A stretch of DNA of 64,000 nucleotides, from positions 5,394,001 to 5,458,000 of the forward strand of contig CM102286.1 of NCBI GenBank assembly GCA_046563655.1, given 5' to 3'. The position numbers were made by a program, and so were the translations under genes. The notes beneath the pieces are model-generated. The model saw only the letters and a list, made by a program, of their open reading frames with translations. It was not told where the DNA came from and ran no database searches. Positions 63,815-64,000 of the stretch are shown here, in pieces. The stretch comes from Yuukianura sp. NJ FZ-2021. Lineage: Eukaryota. Position 1 is the stretch's first letter. Each line of letters opens with the position of its first letter.

Positions 63815-64000
63815 ATGCGGCTACCATCTCTGGAAGTGTCACATACGACGACGGGTCATTACGGGCCACTCATCAACAAAATGGATAACTCCGTCAAGGA
63901 TAGCAATGGAAGCTCAGGTTATGTGTACATGACGTCTCCGATTAGTATGGCCGAACCGAAGCCTTTGGATTTAAAGCTAACAAAAGAATTAGAAGATGCT
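63815..64000 (+). CDS. hrg: Canonical poly(A) polymerase (hiiragi/PAPOLA-like), N-terminal part, runs off the window
   Basis: Exon begins after acceptor ttgtttcag (63789), with in-frame ATGs at 63815 and 63881. Translates ..MDNSVKDSNGSSGYVYMTSPISMAEPKPLDLKLTKELEDA, matching the PAP N-terminal 'TSPIS.A.P...D...T..L...L' motif. Confidence 0.75.
   Translation, partial: MRLPSLEVSHTTTGHYGPLINKMDNSVKDSNGSSGYVYMTSPISMAEPKPLDLKLTKELEDA

Noticed and set aside
1..64000. Prokaryotic systems (CRISPR arrays, operons, defence islands), rRNA or tRNA genes
   Set aside because: The sequence is clearly spliced eukaryotic DNA. No regularly spaced direct repeats, rRNA or cloverleaf-like segments were seen by eye.

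Overview
AT-rich eukaryotic genomic DNA with GT-AG introns, mostly 55-100 nt long. Gene content points to an arthropod, and the compact style would fit a basal hexapod such as a springtail (inference only). Bases 1 to ~44 kb hold the 5' part of one minus-strand Sidestep/nephrin-family Ig cell-adhesion gene: four clear exons and one candidate signal-peptide exon spread across very long introns. Bases ~46-64 kb are a dense housekeeping cluster: a small basic UPF0390/C19orf53-like protein (-), a membrane-anchored divergent methyltransferase resembling the OvoA C-terminal domain (+), an intronless lines/LINS1 ORF starting 73 nt later (+), a 19-exon C1-tetrahydrofolate synthase (pug/MTHFD1, +), a tail-to-tail TRIP4/ASC-1 (-), and the start of poly(A) polymerase (+). 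The best novelty candidate is an apparently bicistronic methyltransferase-lines unit, in which both start codons are coupled to the stop of a short uORF (TAATG and TAA-A-ATG). Other leads are the stand-alone OvoA-like domain itself, possible mitochondrial and truncated pug isoforms, and overlapping pug/TRIP4 3' ends. All exon coordinates were derived by hand and family calls come from remembered motifs, not database searches.
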